Origin: Bdellovibrionales bacterium
Lineage (GTDB): Bacteria > Bdellovibrionota > Bdellovibrionia > Bdellovibrionales > UBA1609
NCBI GenBank assembly: GCA_965261545.1
Contig: CBDHDF010000010.1
Span: 832,001-896,000, forward strand
Length of the DNA: 64,000 nucleotides
Direction: 5' to 3'
Position 1 is the stretch's first letter, and each line of letters opens with the position of its first letter. The notes under the pieces are model-generated. The model did no database searches, was not told where the DNA came from, and was given only the letters and a program-made list of their open reading frames with translations. The position numbers were made by a program, and so were the translations under genes. Positions 19,951-28,566 of this stretch are shown here, in pieces.

Positions 19951-20354
19951 ATCCCATTACGGCTCCATAATACAATCAAAAGTCCAGAGTAACTAAAGAG
20001 GCCAATTATATAGACCAGCGAAGATGTCCACCTCCCCATTAACTTATAATGCATTGTGACTGACAAAATCGCTTGAAGGAAAAAATGTCAATTATACATT
20101 GACGAATAATATGGGACTGTGCTTTTTACCAGGAGTGGAGCCACATAAGTGGCTTTAAGATTTAAGAAAAAAATTGCAGTTACACAATTATTTTTACAGT
20201 CCCTCTTTTTGAGGCGAATCTTTTGGAAGCCACTACTGTGGCCTAAACTATTTTTCGACGGGAATTGCTGCTGAATGGCCAACTTACCCTTCCCATAGCA
20301 AAACGAGGTAGAAAGCCTAAGTACACCCAAGAGACACTAGGTCACCTTAGGACC

Positions 20355-21771
20355 CAATGCCGTTTCCTTAAGAAAAATCTCTTGAAATCATTAGATAAAT
20401 CGACAAGAATAAGACTTGTTTTATTTTACACCCAACCCTCAACCAAGGAGTAAGTCACATGCAATCCAATATTGATCTCGAAAGCCCCCAAATGACGAGT
20501 TCGCGTCACAGATGACCATTTTATTCTACCAAAACTTGATTCTTCCTTCAAGCCAGAGCACCTTGTCGATCCAGAAAAACAAAAAAGGAATCGAAAATTT
20601 AATCCTCAAATTTTCTTTTTTACCATTATCTATCTTATTTCCGGAACAAATTACGAAGGCTACCAAATCGCTCTTAAGACGGTATGGACTCATTTTGGTG
20701 ACCTGCTTCTCATGCCAGTCAAAAGCAGTCTCAGCAAGATACGTCAAAGTATTTCTTACCTATTTTTCAAAGATATCTTTGAATCTCTGATTACAGACTA
20801 CGAACCATTGAGAAAAACGTTTCATGGTTTTTATATCTATGCCATAGATGGCGACCAATTAGCACTTCCTCGCTCTAAAGATCTTTTAAAGGAGGGTTAT
20901 TGTGGGTACCCTTGCCCAAATGAGATGGAAACTCATTTCTTACGTATGTATCTATCTCATGCTTATGACGTTTTATCGGGTGTGACAAAGAATCTTTGCT
21001 ATTCTCCCGCTCTCAACGAAATCGCCAATGCTATTCAAATGATAGGTAGTTTTGAGAGTAATAGCATAACTCTCTACGATAGGCTTTATTTATCTACAGA
21101 GATTATTAAGGCCCATGCTCAAGCCAGTAACTTCTTTATTGCGCGTTGTAAGCGAGGCTCTACTTTTATCCCCATTGTAAATTTATTTAATGGCCCAGGT
21201 TGGTATTCACGAATGGTTATTGAGGGGGTGGTCATTCATCTCTATAAGTATAAAAACCCAAAGACTGGGGAGTTCTCTGTTTTGGCCACTAATCTTCCGC
21301 ATGGCTCCTTGGACAAGAAGGATATGGTTGCTCTTTACTCTCGTCGTTGGGAAATAGAAACGACATTTCGTGATTTTACATCGACAATGAAAATGGAGCA
21401 GTGGCACTCAACAAGCCTTAATGGAATATTGCAAGAGCTGTATTCTTATTTTTGGCTCTTCAATTATACAAAGATTCAAATGAGCATAAATGAGGATGAA
21501 GACAGTGTGAATCAGTTGGTAAAAAATGACTACAAAAAACCTAACTTTAAACTGATTCTTGATTTCATAATGGATAGCATCCCTCTTTTTGTTGCGGGGC
21601 TCTATCAGAAATTTAGGAAGCAGATAAAGTTGCTGATGAAGATTTCAATGGAGAAGAGGAGGCACTTCAAAAGAAGCTATGAAAGGTCTATCAAAAGCGC
21701 TGGGAGTTCTTTTAAAAGAAATAGCTTAACGCAGAGGCAGAGGGGTGTGGTGGCTTAAGGAAACGGCATTG
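20355..21771 (+). mobile_element. IS4-family element ISa, copy 3 (complete, 1417 bp, no TSD)
   Basis: Both 18-bp TIRs; flanks CCTTAGGACC and CTGCCAGCAC differ. Confidence 0.95.
20712..21758 (+). CDS. ISa IS4-family transposase (frame open upstream to 20496)
   Basis: SSLSKIR, YAIDGD, LYDR.Y, YSRRWEIE motifs. Confidence 0.93.
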   Translation: MPVKSSLSKIRQSISYLFFKDIFESLITDYEPLRKTFHGFYIYAIDGDQLALPRSKDLLKEGYCGYPCPNEMETHFLRMYLSHAYDVLSGVTKNLCYSPALNEIANAIQMIGSFESNSITLYDRLYLSTEIIKAHAQASNFFIARCKRGSTFIPIVNLFNGPGWYSRMVIEGVVIHLYKYKNPKTGEFSVLATNLPHGSLDKKDMVALYSRRWEIETTFRDFTSTMKMEQWHSTSLNGILQELYSYFWLFNYTKIQMSINEDEDSVNQLVKNDYKKPNFKLILDFIMDSIPLFVAGLYQKFRKQIKLLMKISMEKRRHFKRSYERSIKSAGSSFKRNSLTQRQRGVVA

Positions 21772-22414
21772 CTGCCAGCACCTCATCATCAATAATTTCT
21801 GACCAATGCGTTATTGGCAGTTGAGTGGTAATAACGGTGGACCTATCGGAACGAAACTTTAAAATATCGCAGAAGTCTGTGGATTCACTTTGGGAGAACT
21901 TCCTTAATCCAAAGTCATCAAAAATTAACACTTGGGGGCGGCCCAGACGACGCAAGTAGTTCAAATACCTTCCTGAGTGCCTTTCCAGGGCCAAGGTTTC
22001 TAGAAATATGTTGATGTCTATAAACAGTGTGGAGATTCTGGATTGACAACACTGGTGTCCCAGGCTCTGGGCCAAGAAGGTTTTACCCACCCCCGTTGGC
22101 CCTTCGACAATGATAGACCTTTGCTCCTTAACCCATGATAAAGTTTGAAGCCTATCCACCTCTCTTTTACTAATAGACCTTTTGGCATGGTGGTCAAATG
22201 CCTCACCTCTGACCTTGTGAGGCAGCTTTGAGGTCTTGAGAAGTCTTTGGCTGAATTGGATTTTCCGAGCCTCCACTTCTGCAAATAACAGCTCGTTCAA
22301 TAGATCCAATGCTTGAGTCTTGTGGCTTGTGTTATCCAGCGCCACTTCAAGGCTGTCTAACATTCCATAGAGCTTCAACTCATGCATGTGGTTTTTGATT
22401 TGTACTTCATCCAT
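21772..22414 (-). pseudogene. istB: IstB ATPase truncated by ISa
   Basis: GPTGVGKT, LIFDDFG, ITTQLP..W; ends at VLAA, then reads into the ISa TIR (stop 21755), lacking the DR motif. Confidence 0.9.
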
Positions 22415-23930
22415 CTGGCACCTCCTTGGGGCTTTGGTTATTTGGATTTTCGTTATGTCGCAAATAAGGGTTGCCTTGTTTACGATCTATTTTCTCGTTC
22501 ACCTTTTTTATTTTTTGCCCTTTATAGAAATGGAGTTGTTGCTGAAAATATCTAACCCTCCTTTTCTCCCACTGCTTGCAGTCCTCAAGGGCTTTGATAA
22601 TGAGAGGAAGGGACTTTTCCTTGCCCTCTTTCTGGATTTCTTTGTGACAGGAGCTTACAAAGCCCATAGCTCTTCTGAGATTTTCAATGGTCCCACCCTG
22701 AAAAAGCTCCTCAATGAAGTTTTCAAGCTCTTTACAAATCATACTTGCTTGAATAAGAATGTTCTGGGGAGTGGCCTCCTTGTAGGCGCGACTGGGCTCC
22801 GGGAGGTGTTCGTTTTTGGTGATGTACTCTCCGAGTTTACCTTTGGTCCTCTTGTGGCGAGCGAGGAGCTGTTTTTGAAAGTAAATCTCCACACTCTCCA
22901 CTCCAATTTTTACATCTACATACTCCCCTCGGTGCTGAAACGGAGCCGAGTAGAAGTTGGATTCAACGCTCACATGACAGTCTTGGTGGAGTTTTTTCTT
23001 CTCCCAACGTCCCCACCGGTAGGGAAAAGAAGGCAAGGGTTTTAAAGTTTTTACCTCTCGTTGAAATTTTTCATTGCGAGAGACCTTAAATCTTGTCTGA
23101 GGGCGAGCATTTATCTTCTCGCACACCTCCCTTAAAGCCTTATTAATTTGATCCAGACTGGTGAAGGTCTCTCGTCTGTACATAAACCTGAGGGCCCTTG
23201 TAACGAGCTTCACGGCATTCTCAGTAAGGCTTTTATCCTGGGGACGACGAACTCGAGCGGGAACAGCCACCGTGTCATAGTGTTCCAAAAGCTCTTGGTA
23301 GGATTTATTCAACTCTGGATCATACAAATGGGGTGTGTTCACTCCAGTCTTTAAATTATCAGGAACAACCACTCTCGGAACCCCACCGTAATATTCAAAC
23401 ATCAGAACGTGAGCGTGAAGAAAATCTTCACTAGATTCGCTCAAAGAGCCATAAGCAAAAATACGCTGAGAGAAACATAGATTTGAGCAAAATATATGGG
23501 CCTTATGAATATTAAGGTCTTCATCGATCCACTCTGGCTGAAATCCTGCGTAATCAACCTCAACTTGGTGGCCTGGCTGAAAATCACGCAAGGTAATAAT
23601 CCTTTTGCCAGCTTTTGGAAATTGCTTATGAAACTCCCTCGTAAACTGGGGGTAGCTAATGACCTTCAGAAATTTTTCCTCCCAAACGTCACTTAAACAA
23701 TGCCTATCCTCAATCTCCTTCTCAATAATCTTCCAATCTATACCGTAAGACCAAGGGGGAATTTCTCTTTGGGTCTTCCAATCCTTGGGGTCTGTTAAAA
23801 GACCACGTCTTATCTTTCTAAGAGTCTTGGTGCAGCATTTCATGCGGCGACTGATTTCTCGGTCGGGAATATTTGCCTTTATTAATGATTTTATTTTTGT
23901 GTAACGCTCATGATCCATCTTTGTTCTCAT
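22407..23930 (-). CDS. istA: IS21 transposase IstA
   Basis: PGHQVEVDYAG, VPDNLKTGV, PARVRRPQDK..E, YSAP; AAGGAGG before ATG 23930. Confidence 0.95.
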   Translation of the reverse strand: MRTKMDHERYTKIKSLIKANIPDREISRRMKCCTKTLRKIRRGLLTDPKDWKTQREIPPWSYGIDWKIIEKEIEDRHCLSDVWEEKFLKVISYPQFTREFHKQFPKAGKRIITLRDFQPGHQVEVDYAGFQPEWIDEDLNIHKAHIFCSNLCFSQRIFAYGSLSESSEDFLHAHVLMFEYYGGVPRVVVPDNLKTGVNTPHLYDPELNKSYQELLEHYDTVAVPARVRRPQDKSLTENAVKLVTRALRFMYRRETFTSLDQINKALREVCEKINARPQTRFKVSRNEKFQREVKTLKPLPSFPYRWGRWEKKKLHQDCHVSVESNFYSAPFQHRGEYVDVKIGVESVEIYFQKQLLARHKRTKGKLGEYITKNEHLPEPSRAYKEATPQNILIQASMICKELENFIEELFQGGTIENLRRAMGFVSSCHKEIQKEGKEKSLPLIIKALEDCKQWEKRRVRYFQQQLHFYKGQKIKKVNEKIDRKQGNPYLRHNENPNNQSPKEVPDG

Positions 23931-24011
23931 TTCGACCTCCTTGGTTAAAGATTGGAGGTCTTTATAGAACATCAATGACGCTATGCTAAGGGGAATCAGT
24001 CATGCCAATCA

Positions 24012-24199
24012 GTGCGGGCAATGCCATGCAACTGGTGCGGGCAATGCCATGCAACTGGTGCGGGCAATGCCATGCAACTGGTGCGGGCAATGCCATGCAA
24101 CTGGTGAGGGTAATGCCATGCAACTGGTGAGGGTAATGCCATGCAACTGGTGAGGGTAATGTCATGCAATCGGTGAGGGCAATGCCATGCAATTTTACA
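24012..24199. repeat. 8 tandem copies of a 23-bp unit forming the IS21-b left end
   Basis: GTG(C/A)GGG(C/T)AATGCCATGCAACTG, head to tail, no spacers. Confidence 0.95.
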
Positions 24200-24549
24200 C
24201 CATGGGGCTTGGTAGGGCCCATGCGACCCCTTTGAGCGGCTGTTAGGGCCTCCGGGACTATCCTTCACATACTTCTTCACAGTGTTCCGACTAACACCCA
24301 TAGCTCGAGCTATTTGTCTCGAACTGAGTCCAAGCTCTATGTATTTCTTAATATTGTTGATCATTCTTGCTCCTTTTTTCTTACCTTGTTTGCCCATAGA
24401 CACCTCCTCGTTAATGCGTAGCGCAGAAAGAATATCTATGAAGATCTAAGTGGGTCAATGTTTGGTGAAATTCAGTGGGTCAAACTTCGTGAAATTGGGT
24501 GGGTCAAACCAGGTGAAATTGGGTGGGTCAAACTAGGTGAAATTTTGCA
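24200..24549 (-). mobile_element. Left end and istA N-terminus (24200-24397) of a third IS21 element, IS21-c
   Basis: Terminus TGCAAAATTTCACC; four 24-25-bp GTGGGTCAA...GTGAAATT repeats (24450-24549); GAGGAGG RBS; HTH SSRQIARAMGVSRNTVKKY. Confidence 0.85.
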
Positions 24550-24640
24550 GAATTCAGGTTTTACAGGAAATGATAAGGTGTTAGCTCCACCATTTGATGC
24601 CATTAAATTGGATTTAGGAGTATTGTGGGATCACGATTAA
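24550..24640 (+). pseudogene. C-terminal remnant of a probable Uma2-family endonuclease
   Basis: GNDKVLAPPFDAIKLDLGVLW* resembles the Uma2 C-terminal motif; N-terminus replaced by IS. Confidence 0.55.
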
Positions 24641-24795
24641 AGCATTGAAATGTGTCCTTGTATCTTCGACGAAGCCTTCTCAAGCACAGCCTATGAATCC
24701 CTTGGACAGCCTTTTTTATCCTTGTCCAGGGAAGTATTTTGTGGCCGATAAAAGCTTACTCCTCCCTCCCTCCCTCCCCAAGGAAACGGTATTCA

Positions 24796-27717
24796 CTATT
24801 CCCTAAATATATAGCCTAAGTGTATTTTTGTACCTTGTTTAATTTGGGTTCCGTTGCAAATATTTCCAGTTCCAGTAAGAAATGCTTTCTTCGCTTCGTT
24901 ATAGCAGCGGTAGAGTGCTATTAACACTTGAGTCTTCGTCGTGTGGGGTGGATATATATACCCTAAGGTTCGAATCTTGTACTCATTTAGTTTGTCACAA
25001 AGAGAAGTACGATTGTGCGCTCTATTAATATGCTGAGTAGACTGACTGCCTTTAATAACACAATCAGCTAAAGGTATGCTTCCATCTTTCTTCTCAGTCA
25101 GAATGTAACCGATATTATTTACAAACCGATAACCTGATGATGCTGATGGAACAGTTGTTGTTGTCCAGCTATCCCCATTTTTTTCATAACGAGATAAAGC
25201 AAGCTTAACTGTAGGTTCATGAATTGAATTTCTACGGACCTGACGTATCTCCCTATAAACAAAGATTCTTTTGTGCTTGCTGTCTCTAGGTCTCTGATAA
25301 GTGTAATACAGGAAGAATATGTCCTCATACCGGTTGCCACCTTTTGGGGAGACAAGACTAAAACTTCGGAAATTTTCAAAACGATTTGTATCTTCTCTTA
25401 TATTTGGATCCTTCGGAACAAGTGGTGCGTTAAGAAGTTTAAAATTGATTCCATCATCACTTGTTGATAAAAGAATTCCATTTCCTTGCAATGACTTATA
25501 GAGAGGAGTACCCACCAATATAAATCGGTCATTTTTGACATCATAACCAGGATAAATTCCATGTTTTTTGGCTCCGTAATCCGAAAATTGATTTTGGATA
25601 CCATTATCATTTATGTTCCTCCAGGAACCATTAAGCCACTTTTTCCAGTGAATGCGATTTTTTGCTCTATCATCATTTGGCGCCCGCAAAACAGTTCGAG
25701 TTCTAGGTCGAAAGGACATATAAGCCCAAAGCCAGCCCCTAGCATTAACGAGAGACACCTGTTCCAATCCCCTAAATTTTCTCGGTTCAGGAGGAAATGA
25801 AGACTGCGGAAAGAAAGGCCAATTGGATATGAATTGGAATGTTTGACCATTGTCCTGTGATTCAACATAAGCTACACTTGAGTATGTCTGAAAATTAGAC
25901 TTGTAACAGCAATTTGTTTCCACATGGGCCCAACCCCTTATATAATCACGATATTTTTCTGTGTACCGTAGCCAAGTCCCACAATCTCTTGATCGAATTC
26001 GCCAATCTGTTGCCTGAGCATTATTCTCAAGGCAATAAAATTGACTTCCCACCAGTTTCTCTCCAATAACCTTCTTGTCTATACTTTGCAATGCCATATT
26101 CTGAAGGGAGTTGCCTTCCAATAAATATGTAGTGGCATTTGCAACATAGCCCCTAAAAAGGTCTCTATTTATTTTTACAACATTAAATGCTCCCTCAAAA
26201 TGGTGGCTCAGCCCCACAACATCTTTTGGGATAAGAATATGGGGTCTACCCACATAATAAGTAAAAGTGTCCACCATAATCGACCATGAAACTGTTTTAA
26301 ATGAAAAATTTCCGGCTCTATCCTGAGCACGAATTGAAAAACGATGTTCTCCTTCAGGCAAGTTGATGTAACTCTTTAGTCCCTGACAGGTTTCAAAGGC
26401 TCCCCCGTCAAGACGACACTCTGTCCCCCGTACACCACTTTGACTGTCCTGGGCAGTGAAATGAAAAAAAGCATTTCTGCTCTTTGTGAAATTTTTCGGA
26501 TGGGAAGTGATTCTGACCGTGGGGACAATCCGATCTATAATCCAAGTGTAGGTGATAGGTAATGATGTATTATTTGCTGAATCAAAACCAACTACGGAAA
26601 AACTGTGTTGACCACTGGAGAGACCGGTCAAGGTATGGGGATTTCTACAAGTCTGTTTGGCTCCCCCATTAAGCTGACATTCATAGGAAACAACGCCCTG
26701 ATTGTTGTTGATCCCTGAAAATTGAAAAGTAACTGTTTGCTCTTTGCTAATCGCTTGGGGCTTTTTGGTAAACTGGATAGTGGGGATTTTGGTATCCTGA
26801 CTCCAAGAATGAAAACCGGACTTGGAAGTCAGACCCACATTGTCCACGGCCCTAACTTCCAGACGGTGAGAACCATCAGAAAGATTGTTCAAACTGAACT
26901 GAGACTGACAAGGTAAAAACTGAGTTTGGGAATCCAGACGACACTCAAGACGGGCCACCCCTGATCCTTTGTCAATGGAAATAAAATTAAAATCTGGGGT
27001 GATGTCTGCCGTGATCGAAGAGGGAACAACACTCATGATCAAAAGGGGGGAAGTTTGATCCAATCCCCAATGAATCCACTTGGGGTCGGAATGGTTTCCT
27101 GCCTTATCTTTGGCTTTCAACACAAGCCCATAAGTCTGATTTTCCTTTAGGGAGTCATAAATCACTTCAAAACCACAGGTTTCAAACAGACCATGCCCAT
27201 GTTTGTCGCATTCAACGAATTGCACGCCACTGCCTGAGTCCTCAACATTAATACCAATACGCAGGTTTGTTTCCTTAATCCAGATATTTGGTTGGTTTTC
27301 AAATTGGACTGTCGGTGGAATATTATCGTGGATAATACTGTCACTCATACAGGAGCTTTCATTTTCTCTCTGGGATCTGTATTTGACGGAAATGGTGTTC
27401 ACTTGGTTGGATAACCTAAGTTCAATGGGCTTGTTGGTTTTTAGGTCCTCCCAATATCCCTGGGAACAATGAGGATCAAAACTGATGAACATCTCATGTG
27501 CTCTGGAGTTCGGGGGCTTAAGTGTGAGGTCCACACTCAGGTCTGCTGTGTATTCCTCATTATCGTTGATTAAAACACCCAGATTATTTGTTGTAACGGA
27601 AAGATTATCCATCACTTGAAAGGAGTCACGGGGAATCTCGCAGTTGCTATAACTTATAGCCAACATAATAATAATAATAATAATAATAACGTAACTTGCT
27701 GTGTAATTACTTTTCAT
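24796..27717 (-). CDS. Large surface lipoprotein: Ig-like repeat stalk plus Asp-box propeller-like region and C-terminal repeat domain
   Basis: Signal ending ISYSNC; repeated D.SG...ECRLD...C...L..G.H...V.A.D..GN modules; Asp-boxes ESQDNGQTF and STSDDGINF; LYRCYN motif. Confidence 0.75.
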   Translation of the reverse strand: MKSNYTASYVIIIIIIIMLAISYSNCEIPRDSFQVMDNLSVTTNNLGVLINDNEEYTADLSVDLTLKPPNSRAHEMFISFDPHCSQGYWEDLKTNKPIELRLSNQVNTISVKYRSQRENESSCMSDSIIHDNIPPTVQFENQPNIWIKETNLRIGINVEDSGSGVQFVECDKHGHGLFETCGFEVIYDSLKENQTYGLVLKAKDKAGNHSDPKWIHWGLDQTSPLLIMSVVPSSITADITPDFNFISIDKGSGVARLECRLDSQTQFLPCQSQFSLNNLSDGSHRLEVRAVDNVGLTSKSGFHSWSQDTKIPTIQFTKKPQAISKEQTVTFQFSGINNNQGVVSYECQLNGGAKQTCRNPHTLTGLSSGQHSFSVVGFDSANNTSLPITYTWIIDRIVPTVRITSHPKNFTKSRNAFFHFTAQDSQSGVRGTECRLDGGAFETCQGLKSYINLPEGEHRFSIRAQDRAGNFSFKTVSWSIMVDTFTYYVGRPHILIPKDVVGLSHHFEGAFNVVKINRDLFRGYVANATTYLLEGNSLQNMALQSIDKKVIGEKLVGSQFYCLENNAQATDWRIRSRDCGTWLRYTEKYRDYIRGWAHVETNCCYKSNFQTYSSVAYVESQDNGQTFQFISNWPFFPQSSFPPEPRKFRGLEQVSLVNARGWLWAYMSFRPRTRTVLRAPNDDRAKNRIHWKKWLNGSWRNINDNGIQNQFSDYGAKKHGIYPGYDVKNDRFILVGTPLYKSLQGNGILLSTSDDGINFKLLNAPLVPKDPNIREDTNRFENFRSFSLVSPKGGNRYEDIFFLYYTYQRPRDSKHKRIFVYREIRQVRRNSIHEPTVKLALSRYEKNGDSWTTTTVPSASSGYRFVNNIGYILTEKKDGSIPLADCVIKGSQSTQHINRAHNRTSLCDKLNEYKIRTLGYIYPPHTTKTQVLIALYRCYNEAKKAFLTGTGNICNGTQIKQGTKIHLGYIFRE

Positions 27718-27746
27718 AAATGCGTCCTACAGAAGGGAACCGTGCC

Positions 27747-28352
27747 TCAGTTGATTTTAGAAAAACTAAATTCGGGAGCCCGTGTAGAGCATTCAGTATT
27801 ACTATTATTTTCGTCAATGATATTCTCTCTGGGAACTATAAATTTTCCCACAGTTGTGTCTGTAACACTTAAAGCATTTCCTAAAGGAAAATACCATGAC
27901 TCAGGTCGGTCTCCCGTTGTTAGAAGTAAAACTATTTTCTCCTCACTATTGCTACAGGTGACCGGAGTTCCATCTATAAATGTCATATTTGCTGCGGCAT
28001 TTGCGGGACAAATATCATTAGAGTACTCATAGTCCGAACCGTCACTGCAACCGGCTCCACTGTGTGCTGTTTGGAATTTAATGTGATCAGACATCTCTAT
28101 AGCAACACAGGGATATGTGCCCACGGGAATTCTACCAGACCCCAGGTTGACAGGCCCACTGTCACTCACAAGGTTGACTTCGCTTGCCGTGTCCCCATTA
28201 TCGATAACTGTGGTTAAGCTAGAACAATCATCACTTGTGCTTACCGCAAATTTATAAAGTTTTATTTTTAATTCAGTGGCATCTGCAGCCAATACTGAAG
28301 AAGTGTTGAAAAAAAAGACGGACACAATCAATAATAAAGACAAGTATTTCAT
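27747..28352 (-). CDS. Secreted cysteine-containing hypothetical protein
   Basis: GGAGG RBS; signal MKYLSLLLIVSVFFFNTSSVLA; immediately upstream of the surface protein on the same strand. Confidence 0.75.
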   Translation of the reverse strand: MKYLSLLLIVSVFFFNTSSVLAADATELKIKLYKFAVSTSDDCSSLTTVIDNGDTASEVNLVSDSGPVNLGSGRIPVGTYPCVAIEMSDHIKFQTAHSGAGCSDGSDYEYSNDICPANAAANMTFIDGTPVTCSNSEEKIVLLLTTGDRPESWYFPLGNALSVTDTTVGKFIVPRENIIDENNSNTECSTRAPEFSFSKIN

Positions 28353-28566
28353 ATTAAACCTCCATAGCTCCATAAATAAGCACATTGTTTTTTTCTATAT
28401 CTTTTAGTCAAGATGACCTTTAAAGAAATAATATCCAGAATATATATCAACAAAAAAATTCATGTAATTCAAATAAATCAAAATGAAAAAGGTTATTTCT
28501 GGACTTATAGCATATATTCACTAAAACTCTGAATTCAATCTAAATTCCAATCTGAATCCCAATGGG

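Larger units (their letters stand above)
18315..20203 (+). mobile_element. IS256-family element
   Basis: Imperfect TIRs GAGCCTGTAAACTATTTTGTGTAACT / GGGACTGTAAAAATAATTGTGTAACT; flanking duplication CTTTTTG. Confidence 0.9.
16733..20270 (-). mobile_element. ISc copy 3 (carries IS256 upstream of its transposase)
   Basis: Both TIRs present; 9-bp TSD CTGAATGGC at 16724-16732 and 20271-20279. Confidence 0.93.
16463..20354 (+). mobile_element. Left part of an rve-type IS; transposase N-terminus split by ISc copy 3 and cut by ISa
   Basis: Terminus CGCATTGACTCA; ORF from ATG 16586 MSHSAKKQYL...ILTEFCTICGYNRKYAIRLLNG resumes after the TSD at 20271 as LNGQLTLPIAKRGRKPKYT. Confidence 0.8.
21772..24199 (-). 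mobile_element. IS21-family element IS21-b, right end lost
   Basis: Left terminus TGTAAAATTGCATGG at 24199; istA-istB; istB cut by ISa. Confidence 0.9.

Noticed and set aside
20512..20790. 92-aa ORF MTILFYQ... present in three ISa copies
   Set aside because: SNPs between copies are non-synonymous here but synonymous in the transposase frame.
22386..23045. 219-aa plus-strand ORF and similar long antisense ORFs (e.g. 55312..56058)
   Set aside because: Shadow frames of well-supported genes on the opposite strand.
23986..24403. ORFs 23986..24222 and 23996..24403 as real repeat proteins
   Set aside because: Read-through of an istA fragment into the 23-bp end repeats.
24012..24549. CRISPR-like repeat arrays
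   Set aside because: Units are contiguous with no unique spacers, no cas genes are present, and both arrays end in IS21 TG..CA termini.
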